Both the position numbers and the translations under genes were made by a program. The notes below the pieces were generated by a model, which did not search any database, was not told the DNA's origin, and worked only from the letters and a program-made list of their open reading frames with translations. A stretch of DNA of 64,000 nucleotides from Octopus sinensis (lineage: Eukaryota): positions 6,572,001-6,636,000 of the forward strand of contig NC_043013.1 of the NCBI RefSeq assembly GCF_006345805.1, read 5' to 3'. Positions 1 through 11,881 of this stretch are shown one piece after another (position 1 is the first letter of the stretch; each line of letters starts with the position of its first letter).

Positions 1-383
1 GTATTTAATTTATGCTTCAGTTTAAAATTTTATCAATGTTCAATGAAGCATAGAAATAATTGTGTAAGCAGGTGTTTGATAATATTTGGGTGTGTGAAAT
101 TCAAGTCACGATAGTTTTTGAATAGAGAATAGGCTTTTGTGTTTTTGTGTTCCATAAATAACAATAGATATGGTCAATAAAAATAACTTTACCCGGGAAC
201 CAAAAAAAATTTGAATAAAAATAAAATAACAAATAAATAAATAAATAAACCAGCTTGGTGGGTGTTAACAACTAAGCAGAAAACGAATATGAAAAAAAAT
301 TCGCACTGACGACCCTGAGGGGTGGGGAGGGGACTTTCGGAAAATTCACAAGATCTGATTTTTCTGTCTTAACTTTCGGTAAA

Positions 384-449
<66 letters not shown>

Positions 450-527
450 CCAATTATTTTATATAAAAATTATATATATATATATATATTATATATATAT
501 ATATATATATACCAATTATTTTATATA

Positions 528-568
<41 letters not shown>

Positions 569-824
569 GGAATCCTACGTTTTTGGTTATGGAGGATCCA
601 ATTCTGAAAAATTTTTTCAAAAATCGCATTTCAATAACTCCCCTACCCACTTCATTTTTCACTCTTTCCAGATTTTATTTTTTTTTGGGAGGGGAAATAT
701 TTAGAAAAATACGAAGATTACGATTCTGAAAAAATTAAATTTAAATTTGTGTTTATTTTTACCATATTCTTAAATTTCGTATTTTCCCACATATATTGAT
801 GGAAAAAAATAATAATTCGTAAAA

Positions 825-974
825 ACATTATTTACATTATTTAAATTTGACAGATATTTGTCCTCCTCTTGTTTGTTGTTAATACAACGTTTCGGTTGAT
901 ATGCCTTCCAGCGCTCATCAGGTCTCTTGGTGGAAATTTCGAACCTGGGTTCTCATTACTATGGTATTTTTCGA

Positions 975-1044
<70 letters not shown>

Positions 1045-1117
1045 TCACTGCCTGGAATCGAACTCGGAATCTTGGGGTTAGTAGCCAGCACTCTTAACCA
1101 CTACGCCATATGCCCGT
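825..1117 (-). mobile_element. tRNA-headed short element with internal (AAT)n and a 3' hammerhead motif
   Basis: Minus strand: GGGCATA-TGGCGTAGTGG (A box)...GTTCGATTCC (B box), then (AAT)n, then a body containing CTGATGA (921-915)...GAAACGTT (893-886). The body is the inverted homologue of 1895-2045. Confidence 0.75.
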
Positions 1118-1789
1118 AGTGCAGAATATGTGGAGATGGACAAGAAACAATAAATCATATCATCTCTAGCTGCCCAGTCCTGGCTAAGAAGGAATATATT
1201 CACAGACACGACAGAGTTGGGACCTATATACACTGGAATCTATGCCAACATTATGGAATAACAACAGAAAAAAGATGGTATAGGCACACACCAGAAAAGG
1301 TCACAGAAAACGAGAAAGCAACCATACTCTGGGATATGCCGATACACACAGATAGAGAAATTAAGGCCAACAGACCAGATATAGTTGTCAGAGATCATGA
1401 AGAAAAAAAAAATGCTTTCTAACTGATGTATCAATACCAGCAGATGACGTTTCTCTAAAAGAAATGGAGAAACTTTCAAAATAAAAAGACCTGGAAATAG
1501 AGGTAACTAAAATGTGGAATCTAAAAACAGAAACAATTCCTATCATAGTAGATGCATTAGGCATGATAGAAAAATATTCAGACAAATACATAACAAAAAC
1601 ACCAGGACTTACAAACACATATAACATACAGAAAATTGCACTACTAGGCACTGCATACATCCTACGCAGAACACTCTCAATACAGTAACCATCAGAGCAT
1701 CACAACAAATCACAGCACATGCCCAAGGTACACAGAGCTGCGCTCGGTAGTGAAGTGAAAGCACGTTATAAAAATAAAACTATTGAATG

Positions 1790-1883
<94 letters not shown>
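1118..1883 (+). mobile_element. 5'-truncated R4/Dong-clade non-LTR retrotransposon (CCHC knuckle + REL endonuclease) with (TAA)n tail
   Basis: Translation CRICGDGQETINHIISSCPVLAKKEYIHRHDRVG...ILWDMPIHTDREIKANRPDIVV...DVSIP...LLGTAYILRRTLSIQ* with frameshift and internal stop; short 3' UTR then (TAA)n at ~1790-1883. Confidence 0.88.
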
Positions 1884-1886
<3 letters not shown>

Positions 1887-1944
1887 CAACAACAACATCG
1901 AAAAAATATCTTAGGAATGAGAACCCAGGTTCGAAATTTCCCCT

Positions 1945-1991
1945 AGACACCTGATGAAGGCTGGAGGGTATATCAGTCGAAACGTTGTGTT
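1945..1991 (+). ncRNA. Minimal type I hammerhead ribozyme motif (dimer-type), within a second copy (1890-2075) of the body of the tRNA-headed element
   Basis: GACAC-CTGATGA(1951-57)-A-GGCTG..CAGTC-GAAAC(1979-83)-GTT-GTGTT. Stem I GACAC/GTGTT, stem II GGCTG/CAGTC, loopless palindromic stem III ACGT. Confidence 0.72.
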
Positions 1992-2485
1992 AACAACAAG
2001 CAAGACGAGGACAAATATCCGTCAAGTGTAAATAATGTAAATAACGTATATAATTCCTCATCTTTTAAATATAGACCAATTCGAAAGAAGTTTTTAAAAA
2101 AAGTTTAAAAAACATGAATTATTTTTCATAAAAAATTACTCTAAAAGAAATCTTTGCAGAAAAGGTGAGTAGATTGATTACATTATGTTATCGCAGTTTT
2201 GTGACAACTGGCTGTTATTTCTAGCATGTGGATAACCTGCATTAAGGCCTGGGGGTATATATTCTTCTACTTTTTTTTCGTGTAAAATTGAAATTTTACA
2301 AACAAATTTTTTTCAGAATCGTAATCTTCGTATTTTACTACATATTTCGCAAAAAAAAGCACAAAAAACCCAAATAAAATTCCGGTAGATGGGTGGGTGT
2401 GGTAGCTATTGAAATCTTGAAAATGCGACTTTTGAAATTTTTTTTCAGAATCGGATCCTCCAAAATCAAAAACGTAGGTTTCCGT

Positions 2486-2512
<27 letters not shown>

Positions 2513-2516
<4 letters not shown>

Positions 2517-2965
2517 GTAAGTAGCTTGCTTATGAACCACATGGTTCCGGGTTCAGTCCCACTGCGTGGTACTTTGGGCAAGTGTCTTCTACTATAGCCT
2601 CGGCCTGACCAAAGCCTTGCGAGTGGATTTGGTAGACGGAAACTGAAAGAAGCCCGTCGTATGATTGATTCTAGTTTCAGCTCATGAGCTGTGGCCATGC
2701 TGGGGCACCGATGTATATATGTATGCGTGTGTATATGCTTGTGTGTCTGTGTTTGTCCCCGCGACATCGCTTGACAGCCGATGCTGGTGTGTTTACGTCC
2801 CCCATAACTTAGCGGTTCGGCAAAAGAGACCGACAGAATAAGTACTAGGCTTACAAGGAATAAGTCCTGGGGGTCGATTTGCTCGACTAAAGACGGTGCT
2901 CCAGCATGGCCGCAGTCAAATTACTGAAACAAGTAAAAGAGTAAAAGAGCAAAAGAGTAAAAGAG
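2513..2965 (+). mobile_element. tRNA-derived SINE, family A (head slightly truncated), with a LINE-tail fragment inserted in its linker
   Basis: TGTGGTAAGTAGCTTGC..GGTTCAGTCCC head; tail GGTGCTCCAGCATGGCCGCAGTC..ACTGAAAC + (AAAAGAGT)n; homologous to 6642-7085 and 26107-26545. Confidence 0.88.
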
Positions 2966-3210
2966 TATTCGTTTTCTACATACTTGTTGACACCCACCAG
3001 GCTGGTTTATTATCTTTTTGTTCCCGGGTGAAAGATATTTATACTAACCAGATAAATTAATTGGTCACGCTACATGTGTTGCTCTCTAATGATGTTGGTC
3101 TTTACTAGATTTCTGATAAAAAAATGTTAAACTGTTTCTTAAAGCATTACAAATTTTGTACAATAAAGCTTTTCACGCCTTATATCTCCATAAAATATAC
3201 ATTTAAATAT

Positions 3211-3375
3211 ACAGGCGCAGGCGTGGTGTCTGGTAAGAAGCTTGCTTTCCAGCTATATGGTTCTGGGTTCAGACTCACTACATGGCACCTTGGGCAAGTG
3301 TCTTTTACTGTAGTCCCAGATCGACCAAAGCCTTGTGAGTGGATTTAGGTGATGGAAACTGAAGGAAGCCCATCG

Positions 3376-3376
<1 letters not shown>
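3211..3376 (+). mobile_element. Diverged 5' half of a family A SINE
   Basis: AGGCGCAGGCGTGG..TGGTAAGAAGCTTGC..CCTTGGGCAAGTGTC..GCCTTGTGAGTGGATTT..GGAAACTGAA. Confidence 0.75.
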
Positions 3377-3449
<73 letters not shown>

Positions 3450-3452
<3 letters not shown>

Positions 3453-3782
3453 CACATTTATACATTCGCTTTGCAAGATTCTTGATGTGAAATCGTGCGT
3501 TGGAACATATATTCTTGTATTTGGGGATGGTCATGTTGCCAGTTTAGCCAATAAAAACACACGCACTATATATTTGGTGTTAATTTGCTTCAGCTTTATT
3601 TTATTTTTTACATTAATCGTATTTCAGTCAGAATTCTTTCGCCACACTTCTGTGACCTCATCAGTGGTCCTTTGCTTTCTTCTTTCTTATTTGTGTCTTT
3701 CCTTTCTAACGATCAGCCATTTTTTATTTTGTATTTTGAATACAAAATACAAAATGGCTGATCGTTAGTAAGGAAAGACATT
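3450..3782 (-). mobile_element. Short Penelope-pLTR-like element with hammerhead-like core and terminal hairpin
   Basis: Minus: CTGATGA(3664-58)-G-GTCAC..GTGGC-GAAA-GAATTC (palindromic); cleavage triplet and stem I are imperfect. A ~45-bp-arm palindrome lies at 3693-3780. Confidence 0.5.
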
Positions 3783-3839
3783 TATTTAAATTAGAACAGA
3801 TGGACACAGTATAATTATACCTAAAATCTCCAAGAAGTT

Positions 3840-5740
3840 AATAATAATAATAATAATAATAATTGTGTACAGTGCTCAGGTGCACTACAACTCATCTAAA
3901 GTGTATATATAATCAGGTGTAGTTTCGACGGATTTCGGGAAGCATGAGGGCCTTAAAGGATGCAGTGTCATGGCAGTCAACAACTGATGCAGGCAGTTTA
4001 TTCCACGCTTCAGCAACCCTGAGCGTGAAAAAATGTTTCCGAAAGTCATGGGAGCTGTGCTGTTTTCTGACTTTGTAGGCATGTCCACGTGTGTTAGACA
4101 CATGGAGATCAAAAAGGTGTTCAGTGTTGTTGTTGGTGAGGTGGTTGATAACTTTGTGGGTGTTTACCAAGTCCGTCGCCAGACGCCGGAGCTTCAGTGA
4201 ATCCATGCCCAGGGAAACAAGGCGCTCAGAATATGGTAGGTGTCTGATGGAGGGTATGCGTTTGGTTGCACGTCTCTGGACAGATTCCAGAAGGTCAATG
4301 TTCTGAGCAAGATAGGGATTCCAAACTGATGATGCGAATTCCAAGTGTGGTCGTACCATAGCTGTATACAGTTTTAAATAGATGGCTGGAGAGCGGCTAA
4401 CAAAAGTCTTGCTGAGTGATGCCAAGACACCCTCGGCCTTCTTGACAATTTTAGAGATATGCTTTGTCCAACGCAAATCACTGCTGACAGTGATGCCTAG
4501 GTCACGCTCGCAAGAGGATTTCTTGATATCAGTGTTGTGGAGGGAGTATGTGGACGCAGGGTTTTTTCTCCCAAAATGCATGGTGGTACACTTGTCCACA
4601 GCCAGTTTCAGTTGTCAGTCTGTGATCCATTGCTGCATTGTGTCTAGGTCTGATTGCAGGAAAGAGTTGTAGACATCAGGATCAGTCCTCTTGATTTCAA
4701 GGTACAGCTTGATGTCGTCTGCATATTTCAATACTGTGGCATTCTTTAAATTGGCATCTATGTCATTAATGTATGCCACAAACAGGAGGGGACCAAGGAC
4801 AGATCCCTGTGGTACACCCGATGACATCTCATATGGTGTAGAGTGCTGTCCTAGAACTGTGACTACCTCCTTTCGGCTGAGGATGAAGGATTTCAACCAG
4901 TTAAAAAGGTCATCCCCCACACCCATTGCAGAGAGTTTCACCATAAGCCTTTTGTGTGGCACAGAGTTGAAGGCCTTAGCAAAGTCAAGGTAGACAACAT
5001 CCACCCATGAGCCACTGTCAGTGATCTGAGTAATGTCCTCAAGGAACTCGACAAGCTGGTCACTGCAGCTGGAGTTAGGGACAAATCCATATTGTGAGGG
5101 TCGGATGAGACTGTGAGAGCTCCAGAAGTTCCAGAGTGTTTCTCTGACACACGATTCCATCAGTTTTGCAATACAGCTAGTGAGACTGACTGGGCGATAG
5201 TTGACAGGTGATGTGCGGTCACCCTTTTTGAACAGAGGAATGACACTGGCAGTTTTCCACTGCTCCGGAGTAGCACCATTGTTGAGACAGTACTGGAAGA
5301 AAATAGAAAGCTGGTGTAAAAGGAAGTGCCTGCCACGTTTGAGAAGCAGGTATGTAACTCCATCGAGACCAGGGGAGGCATAGTTGCGCTTATTTTGAAG
5401 GTGACGTCGCAGCATTGCAGGTGTAAATTCCATAGTTGTTATGGAGTTTGCTGTTAGTGATGGTGAAGATGGTACATTTTGACTTTCGACAGTGAATATG
5501 TTTGCATAGCACTCGGCAATGAGTTCTGCGCATTCCTTGGGGTCGTCAGTGATCTGGTTCGTGTGAGGGTTGCGAAGAGGGCCCACTGGAGAGTGAGGTC
5601 TCTGCTTTGAATGCACATATTTCCAGAAAACCTTGCTGTCAGGATTGGCTGCTATGCACTGTTCAAATTCAAGCACTGCATTTTTTGTCACTTGCTTGAG
5701 ATGGTTGGAGGATTTATTCCGCTTCTTCCTGTTGGTTAAT
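3840..5740 (-). mobile_element. 5'-truncated CR1/L2-group LINE (ORF2 reverse transcriptase) with (ATT)n tail
   Basis: RT motifs SPGLDG, NYRPVSLTS, YLDFAKAF, GVPQGSVLGPLLF, YADD; C-terminus TRGH..FFTLRVAEAWNKLP; 3' UTR ends in (ATT)n at ~3840-3863. Confidence 0.93.
3913..5691 (-). pseudogene. LINE ORF2 reverse transcriptase with one premature stop
   Basis: ORFs 4615..5691 and 3913..4599 are in frame and joined by ..WITD*QLKLAVDKC; TGA sits where Trp is usual. Confidence 0.88.
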
Positions 5741-6641
5741 ACACAAGATGTCTATCTCCTGTTAAGGAGATAGACAAAGAACATGTCTCTACTTCAGCAT
5801 AGAAGTTACTAAATTATCAAGAAGACTCTGCGTGTCACTGATTTTATTTGATTTTATGGGCTCAGTTTTAATTTATAGACTAGTTTATCAAATCCCTTGT
5901 ATATCTAAGGCTGAGAGAACAGAGGGCAGTATCTGTTAGGAGTAGGACTGAGGGTGTAGAGAGACATTCTAGTTGGTATTGTCATAAAAAAATCAAGATT
6001 TATTATAAGCAATATCATGAGGTTTAGTAAGGGAAAACTTAAAACAAGATGTTAGCTAATAATTAGGGGGGGTCACCCACTAGCAGACTGTTGATAATGA
6101 AACAGGGGAAGTCTTATGTGGTACTTTAGTTAAATATTTTAAAGGATTATTAAGAAGAATATTATAACAAAAAGGATAGAAAGTTATAAATACTTTTGAG
6201 TATATACCAAACTTTTTATCACAATAGTGGGAGGACAAGAGATTATCCAGAAATAGTTTAATATTTATACATATTGTATACTTAAATACTAACTCATCAG
6301 ATGTTGTCTGTGAATATTGTCTACACACGTATTTTCAAGTAATCTTTTATGATAATCAGCGTTTTTAGTTTATTTTTCTATCTTGTGTATTAACATAAAG
6401 ATTGTTCTGATTTATTGTAGGTAAACAGTGAATCTACATTCTCTCTGTGAGAAAGCAAAGTTCCTCCAACTACATTCTAGTTACTTTAAAAGTCTGACTT
6501 TGAGATATTTTAACTGCAAATATGAAACCTCGAACTTGTGAGAATTTGAAGTTTGTTCAACTGAAAATGGCGTCTCGATAGACGAACAATATAGTGACCA
6601 GAAAATATTACACTGTAAAACAGTTATTAAGCAAGAACAGT

Positions 6642-6806
6642 ATAGGCGCAGGAGTGGCTGTGTGGTAAGTAGCTTGCTAACCAACCACATGGGTCCGGGT
6701 TCAGTCCCACTGCGTGGCATCTTGGGCAAGTGTCTTCTGCTATAGCATCAGGCCGACCAAAGCCTTGTGAGTGGATTTGGTAGACAGAAACTGAAAGAAT
6801 CCTGTC

Positions 6807-6844
<38 letters not shown>

Positions 6845-7085
6845 ATGTATATGTGTGTCTATGTTTGTGTCTGTGTTTGTGTCTGTGTTTGTCCCTCTAG
6901 CATTGCTTGACAACCGATGCTGGTGTGTTTACGTCCCCGTAACATAGCGGTTCGGCAAAAGAGACCGATAGAATAAGTACTGGGCTTACAAAGAATAAGT
7001 CCCGGGGTCGATTTGCTCGACTGAAGGCGGTGCTCCAGCATGGCCGCAGACAAATGACTGAAACAAGTACAAGAGTACAAGAGAG
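6642..7085 (+). mobile_element. Full-length family A tRNA-derived SINE
   Basis: TAGGCGCAGGAGTGGCTGTGTGGTAAG head, (TA)n/(TG)n linker, tail ..GACTGAAACAAGTACAAGAG. Confidence 0.9.
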
Positions 7086-7421
7086 TATACGCAGAAAAAT
7101 CATTGAATATAGCCGTAAAGATTATTCTCCTCGAAAAACTGCAGGTCTTTACGCACAAGAACTAGAACATAGCACTCAGAAGCATTACAGTGTAATATGA
7201 ACTTAGTGGTACGTCTCTGAATATTCATTCTATAGGTTCCTTCCTCACTCCCTTTTCTCGCCGGTCTTTATCCTCCAACTATTCCCACTTAATTACCCCA
7301 GTGCTTAATTTTTCCAGCCTCTCTACTCATTGTCTTTGATAGTTTTAGCTGATTTCTTGTATGTGAACGATTGAGTTCCACCGCGAGGTTTACTGACAAC
7401 AGTTATTAACTTTATATTATA

Positions 7422-7813
7422 CTAGCAGTATCGCCCGGCGATGCTCGGGTTTGTAAAGAAAATAACAATAAAGCATTTTTAGAGAGTTATAGCCAAAAAA
7501 CAGCAAAAAATGCATTAAAAATCGAAAAAAAATTATGGTAAATTTTTTTTAAATCATTGACTCATCGTAGACATTTTTAGAGAGTTACTTCCCTTTATTT
7601 AAAAAATATGCTTTAAAATGGAAAAAAAAGTATGGTAAATTATTTTTAAAATCGTAGACTCATCGTAGACGCGCGCTAATACACAGAAGGGATCGATATG
7701 AATCCCGCATATAAGATATCCGGTTTTGGTTAAACTGCACCGAAAAATGTGGGAGGAGTTAGGAATCTAAATCGGAGTAGACAGACACACAACTTCACTT
7801 TTATATATAAAGA
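7422..7813 (-). mobile_element. Non-autonomous Helitron
   Basis: Minus strand starts TC(TTTATATA) and ends CTAG, with a subterminal GC hairpin (CCCGGCGATGCTCGGG on +); inserted between A and T; no TSD. Confidence 0.82.
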
Positions 7814-8941
7814 TATGGTATTTCTCAAGCCGTATCTTCATCCTGACTTGTTCTTAACTACCCCCCATTCTCTCCCTATGTCCGTCCACCACCTCCAATC
7901 CCATTTCCTCTCTCTTCTCTGTAAACCCTTATATTTGTTAACTCACGTAAATGGCTCGCGTTTACCACATTACTCTCAAAAAGGGACGCTTAACTTATTT
8001 TAACAATTTTATCTCAACTTGTCGCTGGTCGCACACTTATGACAGCATGCACATATTGCTTATAAATATAGTTATTACTTAAGTTATGGCCATCTTGAAA
8101 CAGCTGTCGAGATAAGACTCTACATAATTTTCGCTTTATTATATAATCTGTATTTTGTGCCTCATGTAAACGTGTTTCAAGTCTAATCGTGTTTATCATT
8201 TATCTACTTTACCTCTTTTTCTCTCTATGTGCGTGTGTGTTTGTGTACAGAAAGAGTGGTTAAGTGGTTATGTATGTATGTATAAGTGTGTGTGTGTGAA
8301 TGTGTATGTATGTATGTATGTATGTATGTATGTGGTGTATATATGTATGTATGTGAGTGTGTTTTTGTGTCTGTGTTCGTATCCCATCCCCGCTTGACAA
8401 ACGATACTGGTGTGTTTACGTACCCGTAACTTAGCGGTTCAGTATAAGAGACCGGTAGAATAAGTACTAGGCTTCAAAATTACTAAACACTGGGGTCCAT
8501 CTTTTTGACTAAAACCCTTCAAGGACGCAAAAACGTTGCAATTTTCCAGCTGAGTAGGCTGGAACATAGCGCTCAGGACTGGAACATAGCGCTTAGAAGC
8601 ATAACAATGTAATATGAAATTAGTGGTACGTCTCTGAATATTCATTCTTAACAAAATACAAAACGAGGCAGACTGGAACGAAATATGTCTAATATATATA
8701 TCTGTCTATCTATTTACATAACAACTACTGTACTTTCCTGTTTATAAGAGAACGAAAAGCTCTTTGTGAGAACATTTTAAGAGAATTGGAGCACATTTAC
8801 ATTTGTTTACATATAAAAAGCGTGAAGCTTATACTTTGTGTTAATTCATTCAGTCCCTCTGGTAGACCGTGTGCTAATTTCTACTTCCAAATAGTTCCTT
8901 TAATTACTTTCTAATTATATTCATAATACATCATACATGAT

Positions 8942-9164
8942 ACGTAAAAGCACCATCCGTTCGTGGCCGTTGTGCCAGCTCTGTCTGGCACCTGTGCAGG
9001 TGGCACGTAAAAAACACCCACTACACTCGCGGAGCGGTTGGCGTTAGGAAGGGCATCCAGCCGTAGAAACACTGCCAAATCTGACTGGGCCTGATGAAGC
9101 CTTCCGGCTTCACAGACCCCAGTTAAACCGGCCAACCCATGCTAGCATGGAAAACGGACGCTAA

Positions 9165-9198
<34 letters not shown>
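8942..9198 (+). mobile_element. Family D SINE-like element (5'-truncated) with (GAT)n tail
   Basis: ACGTAAAAGCACC..TTGGCGTTAGGAAGGGCATCCAGCCGTAGAAAC..GCATGGAAAACGGACG.TAAATGATGATG; absent from the duplicate block at ~13815. Confidence 0.85.
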
Positions 9199-9199
<1 letters not shown>

Positions 9200-9308
9200 A
9201 GGATTCTATTGTTAATTTAACTATTGTTAATTTAACGATTGCAATTTCATGTTTCCACCCTATATGTGTGTGAGCGGAGCGAGAGATAGAGGAGGGGGGG
9301 TTAAAGAA

Positions 9309-9343
<35 letters not shown>

Positions 9344-9739
9344 GAGAGAGGACGGAGAGGGAAAGTGGGAGAGAGATGGAGGGAATAGATAAAATCAAAA
9401 TAAATTCAGCATTGATAACACAGAATATTGTTCAAATGGATGTGAACTTTAACTTCTTCACCCAGGGCCAGAGCCTTGGCATTGAAAGTTAGTTATGAGT
9501 GTAATCCTTATCTAGCTGTTATGGAGGTAGTAAAGTGGATAAAGACAGTTAAGCTTGAGACATATATTTACAAGGGGAACAGCTTACAGATTATATAACA
9601 AAGTAAAAATTATCTCGATAGCTTTTTCAAGATGGCTATAATTTACGCAATAACCATATTCATAAGTAATATTTGCAGGATGTCATAGGTGTACGCCTAG
9701 CGACAAGTGTAGATGAAATTGTTAATGTAAGTTAGACAT

Positions 9740-11625
9740 CCTTATTCAAGAGTAGAGTTTAATAACAAATACTGGTCACGTAATTTCACCATAAACTTCT
9801 TCGATATCAGCATGGGTCCCTCGGACTGTGCCCAACATATGAACGTAGTGGACCTTTCTCTTCTTTCACAAATAACATGCCTCTCTGAAGACTCATGCAG
9901 GGATGATACGCTTATCGCAGCCACGGGTATGTCTAGGCCTTCCATTGACCTTATCCAGATAGCCCTCCATAAGTTCTTTAAAAATCCCATCGAAAAAAGC
10001 ACTAAGGTAGCCATCTTCTTGGACGTGACTCTTGACTTAAATTCTAGCCTCTACTACTACCATAAACCCAAAGAGACCTTACAATACATCAACCTGAAAT
10101 CTAATTACTTTAAATTCATCTTAAATAGCATAGTTCAAGGAATTTCTACTAAGGTTTCTAACGTATCCGCCAACGAAGATATCTTTGACAACCATACCCC
10201 ATACTATAACCAGGCTATCTGAAACAGTGGTTTATAATCGCAATACTAAGCTGAAAACTAAACTAGAACTTCTATTTCCTTGTAGAGAAACTAAGCTCCC
10301 ATAAATTTACCCCTACCTCTTCATCCATTAGCACCTTCCAGCAATCTTCACCCGCTACTAAAACTTTATTTACTAGACTAGAAGCCTGGCCAGCCCTGAC
10401 ACAGAATAAATTCCAACCGCCTAAGGCTAAATAGCACAAACCCACGCATGGTTCTCATGCGTCCAAGGTTGGAAAACGGGAGTTATGGTTTGCATCCCCG
10501 TTTTCTCCTTTTCTCTTTCAAATAATAAATAATAAATGCGCCCTTTTTAAAGCCTAGCCAGGCTCATGAGTCCGATTTTCCGGTTTCTATTGCGTATGCG
10601 TTTCCCAGCTGGACGGGACGCCAGTCCATTGCAGCGTTACTCATTTTAGCCAGCTGAGTGGACTGGAGCAACGTGAAATGAAGCGTTTTGCTCAAGAACA
10701 CAACCCGTCACCCGGTACAGGAATCGAAACCACAATCTTACGATCATGATGCTGACACCCTAACCACTAAGCCACGCGCCGCCACCGTTTTCTCCTTTAG
10801 TGAACTTTATACCAAAGTTCTTATTCAACACCATCAATTCCAGTTACCTACCCTAGCATTGTGCTACTTGATTCGTAACAAATCCTCGATTAAAATTTCA
10901 TTTTCCACAGCCCCAAATTTGGGAGCTTTAACCGAAGCTTCTAACTCGGCCGTCCTAATTGCAGGCCTCGAGAACCACTCTTCTGGCTTCTCTCTCAACC
11001 GAGTAATACCGTAACCCCGGAGAATCCCCTTCTTTACCGTAACAATTTCAGAGCCACCGTTAACGCCCCTAGAATTAGCAACGTGAATACCAGAAACTAC
11101 GGTGAAACAAATACAATATATCATTCTCTTGTCTCTCATACCACTAAAGATTATTTAAACCCACACAAGATTTCTACTCATGCTACCACTGCTACATTAT
11201 CCACTAATACCTCTAATATTGTAGGTTCTAATACTGACCTTCTAACTGCTGATTTTTCTACTCCCAATAATCTCGGCTATAACGTTGAATGTAAATGTTT
11301 GGTTATAACTCCACGTCCCCACCGGCTAGGATATACATTGGGGTTACGATCGACTTAAATAGACGCTTCCTTGCTCACTTGTGCTCCTTCTCTAACAGGA
11401 CTTCTAAACAATCTACTTCCATCGCCACCTACATACACTGCTTGGAGACTGAGTATACCTTATATTTTATCTTGCTTTATAGCTTATCGCGGAGCCCACA
11501 ACAACCCAAATCTTCGCGTTGGTAAATTACATTCCTGGGAGTCTCTCACAATATTACGCCAAAATGAGAACCCTTTACTTAATTGATTCCCTGACGTAAT
11601 CTTTTGCAGACAAATACTATTGAAC
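9740..11625 (+). mobile_element. Degraded Penelope-like element (RT C-terminal half + GIY-YIG endonuclease)
   Basis: ORF 9812..10222: MGPSDCAQ..VDLSLL..CRDDTL..FLDVTLDL..YHKPKETLQYIN.KSN..ISTKVSNVSANEDIF..PYYNQA. Around 11270-11620: YNVEC..IYIGVT..RRFLAHLCSF..STSIATYIH..ESLTIL..LLN. Interrupted by a SINE. Confidence 0.85.
10525..10782 (-). mobile_element. tRNA-derived SINE inserted in the Penelope element
   Basis: Minus: GGCGCGTGGCTTAGTGGTTAGGG..GGTTTCGATTCC..GTGTTCTTGAGCAAAACGCTTCATTTCAC; tail (ATTT)n. Confidence 0.8.
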
Positions 11626-11881
11626 CTTTGCTCACTTTTGGTTTCAAATGTTGGCACAAGGCCTGCAAATTTGATGAATAGGTTCTATAGGATCCTTCCT
11701 CACTCCCTTTTCTCGCCGGTCTTTATCCTCCAACTATTCCCACTTAATTACCCCAGTGCTTAATTTTTCCAGCCTCTCTACTCATTGTCTTTCATAGCTT
11801 TAGCTGATTTCTTGTATGTGAACGATTAGCTCGAGTTCCACCGCGAGGTTTACTGACAACAGTTATTAACTTTATATTATA

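Larger units (their letters stand above)
170..3050. mobile_element. Degenerate foldback/MITE-like element with long inverted arms (~170-745 and ~2295-3050) enclosing nested insertions
   Basis: Reverse-complement matches: ACCCGGGAAC..AAAAA (191-210) vs TTTTTGTTCCCGGGT (~3015-3029); CCAGCTTGGTGGGTGTTAACAA..GAAAACGAATA (250-289) vs 2966-3008; CCTACGTTTTTGGTTATGGAGGATCC (574-599) vs ~2453-2478; AAATACGAAGATTACGATTCTGAAAAAA (~707-734) vs 2310-2336. Confidence 0.7.
7228..9386. repeat. Duplicated ~2.2-kb block, copy 1 (copy 2 at 11683-13967)
   Basis: Near-identical from TTCTATAGG.TCCTTCCTCACTCCC to GAGAGATGGAGGGAAT, apart from one different SINE insertion in each copy. Confidence 0.93.

Noticed and set aside
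1040-1117. tRNA gene
   Set aside because: A and B boxes are present, but there is no good acceptor stem or oligo-T terminator and it continues into a repeat body; likewise for the other SINE heads.
5740-6640. Continuation of the CR1/L2 ORF upstream of 5740
   Set aside because: Composition shifts abruptly and frames are closed; likely unrelated older sequence.
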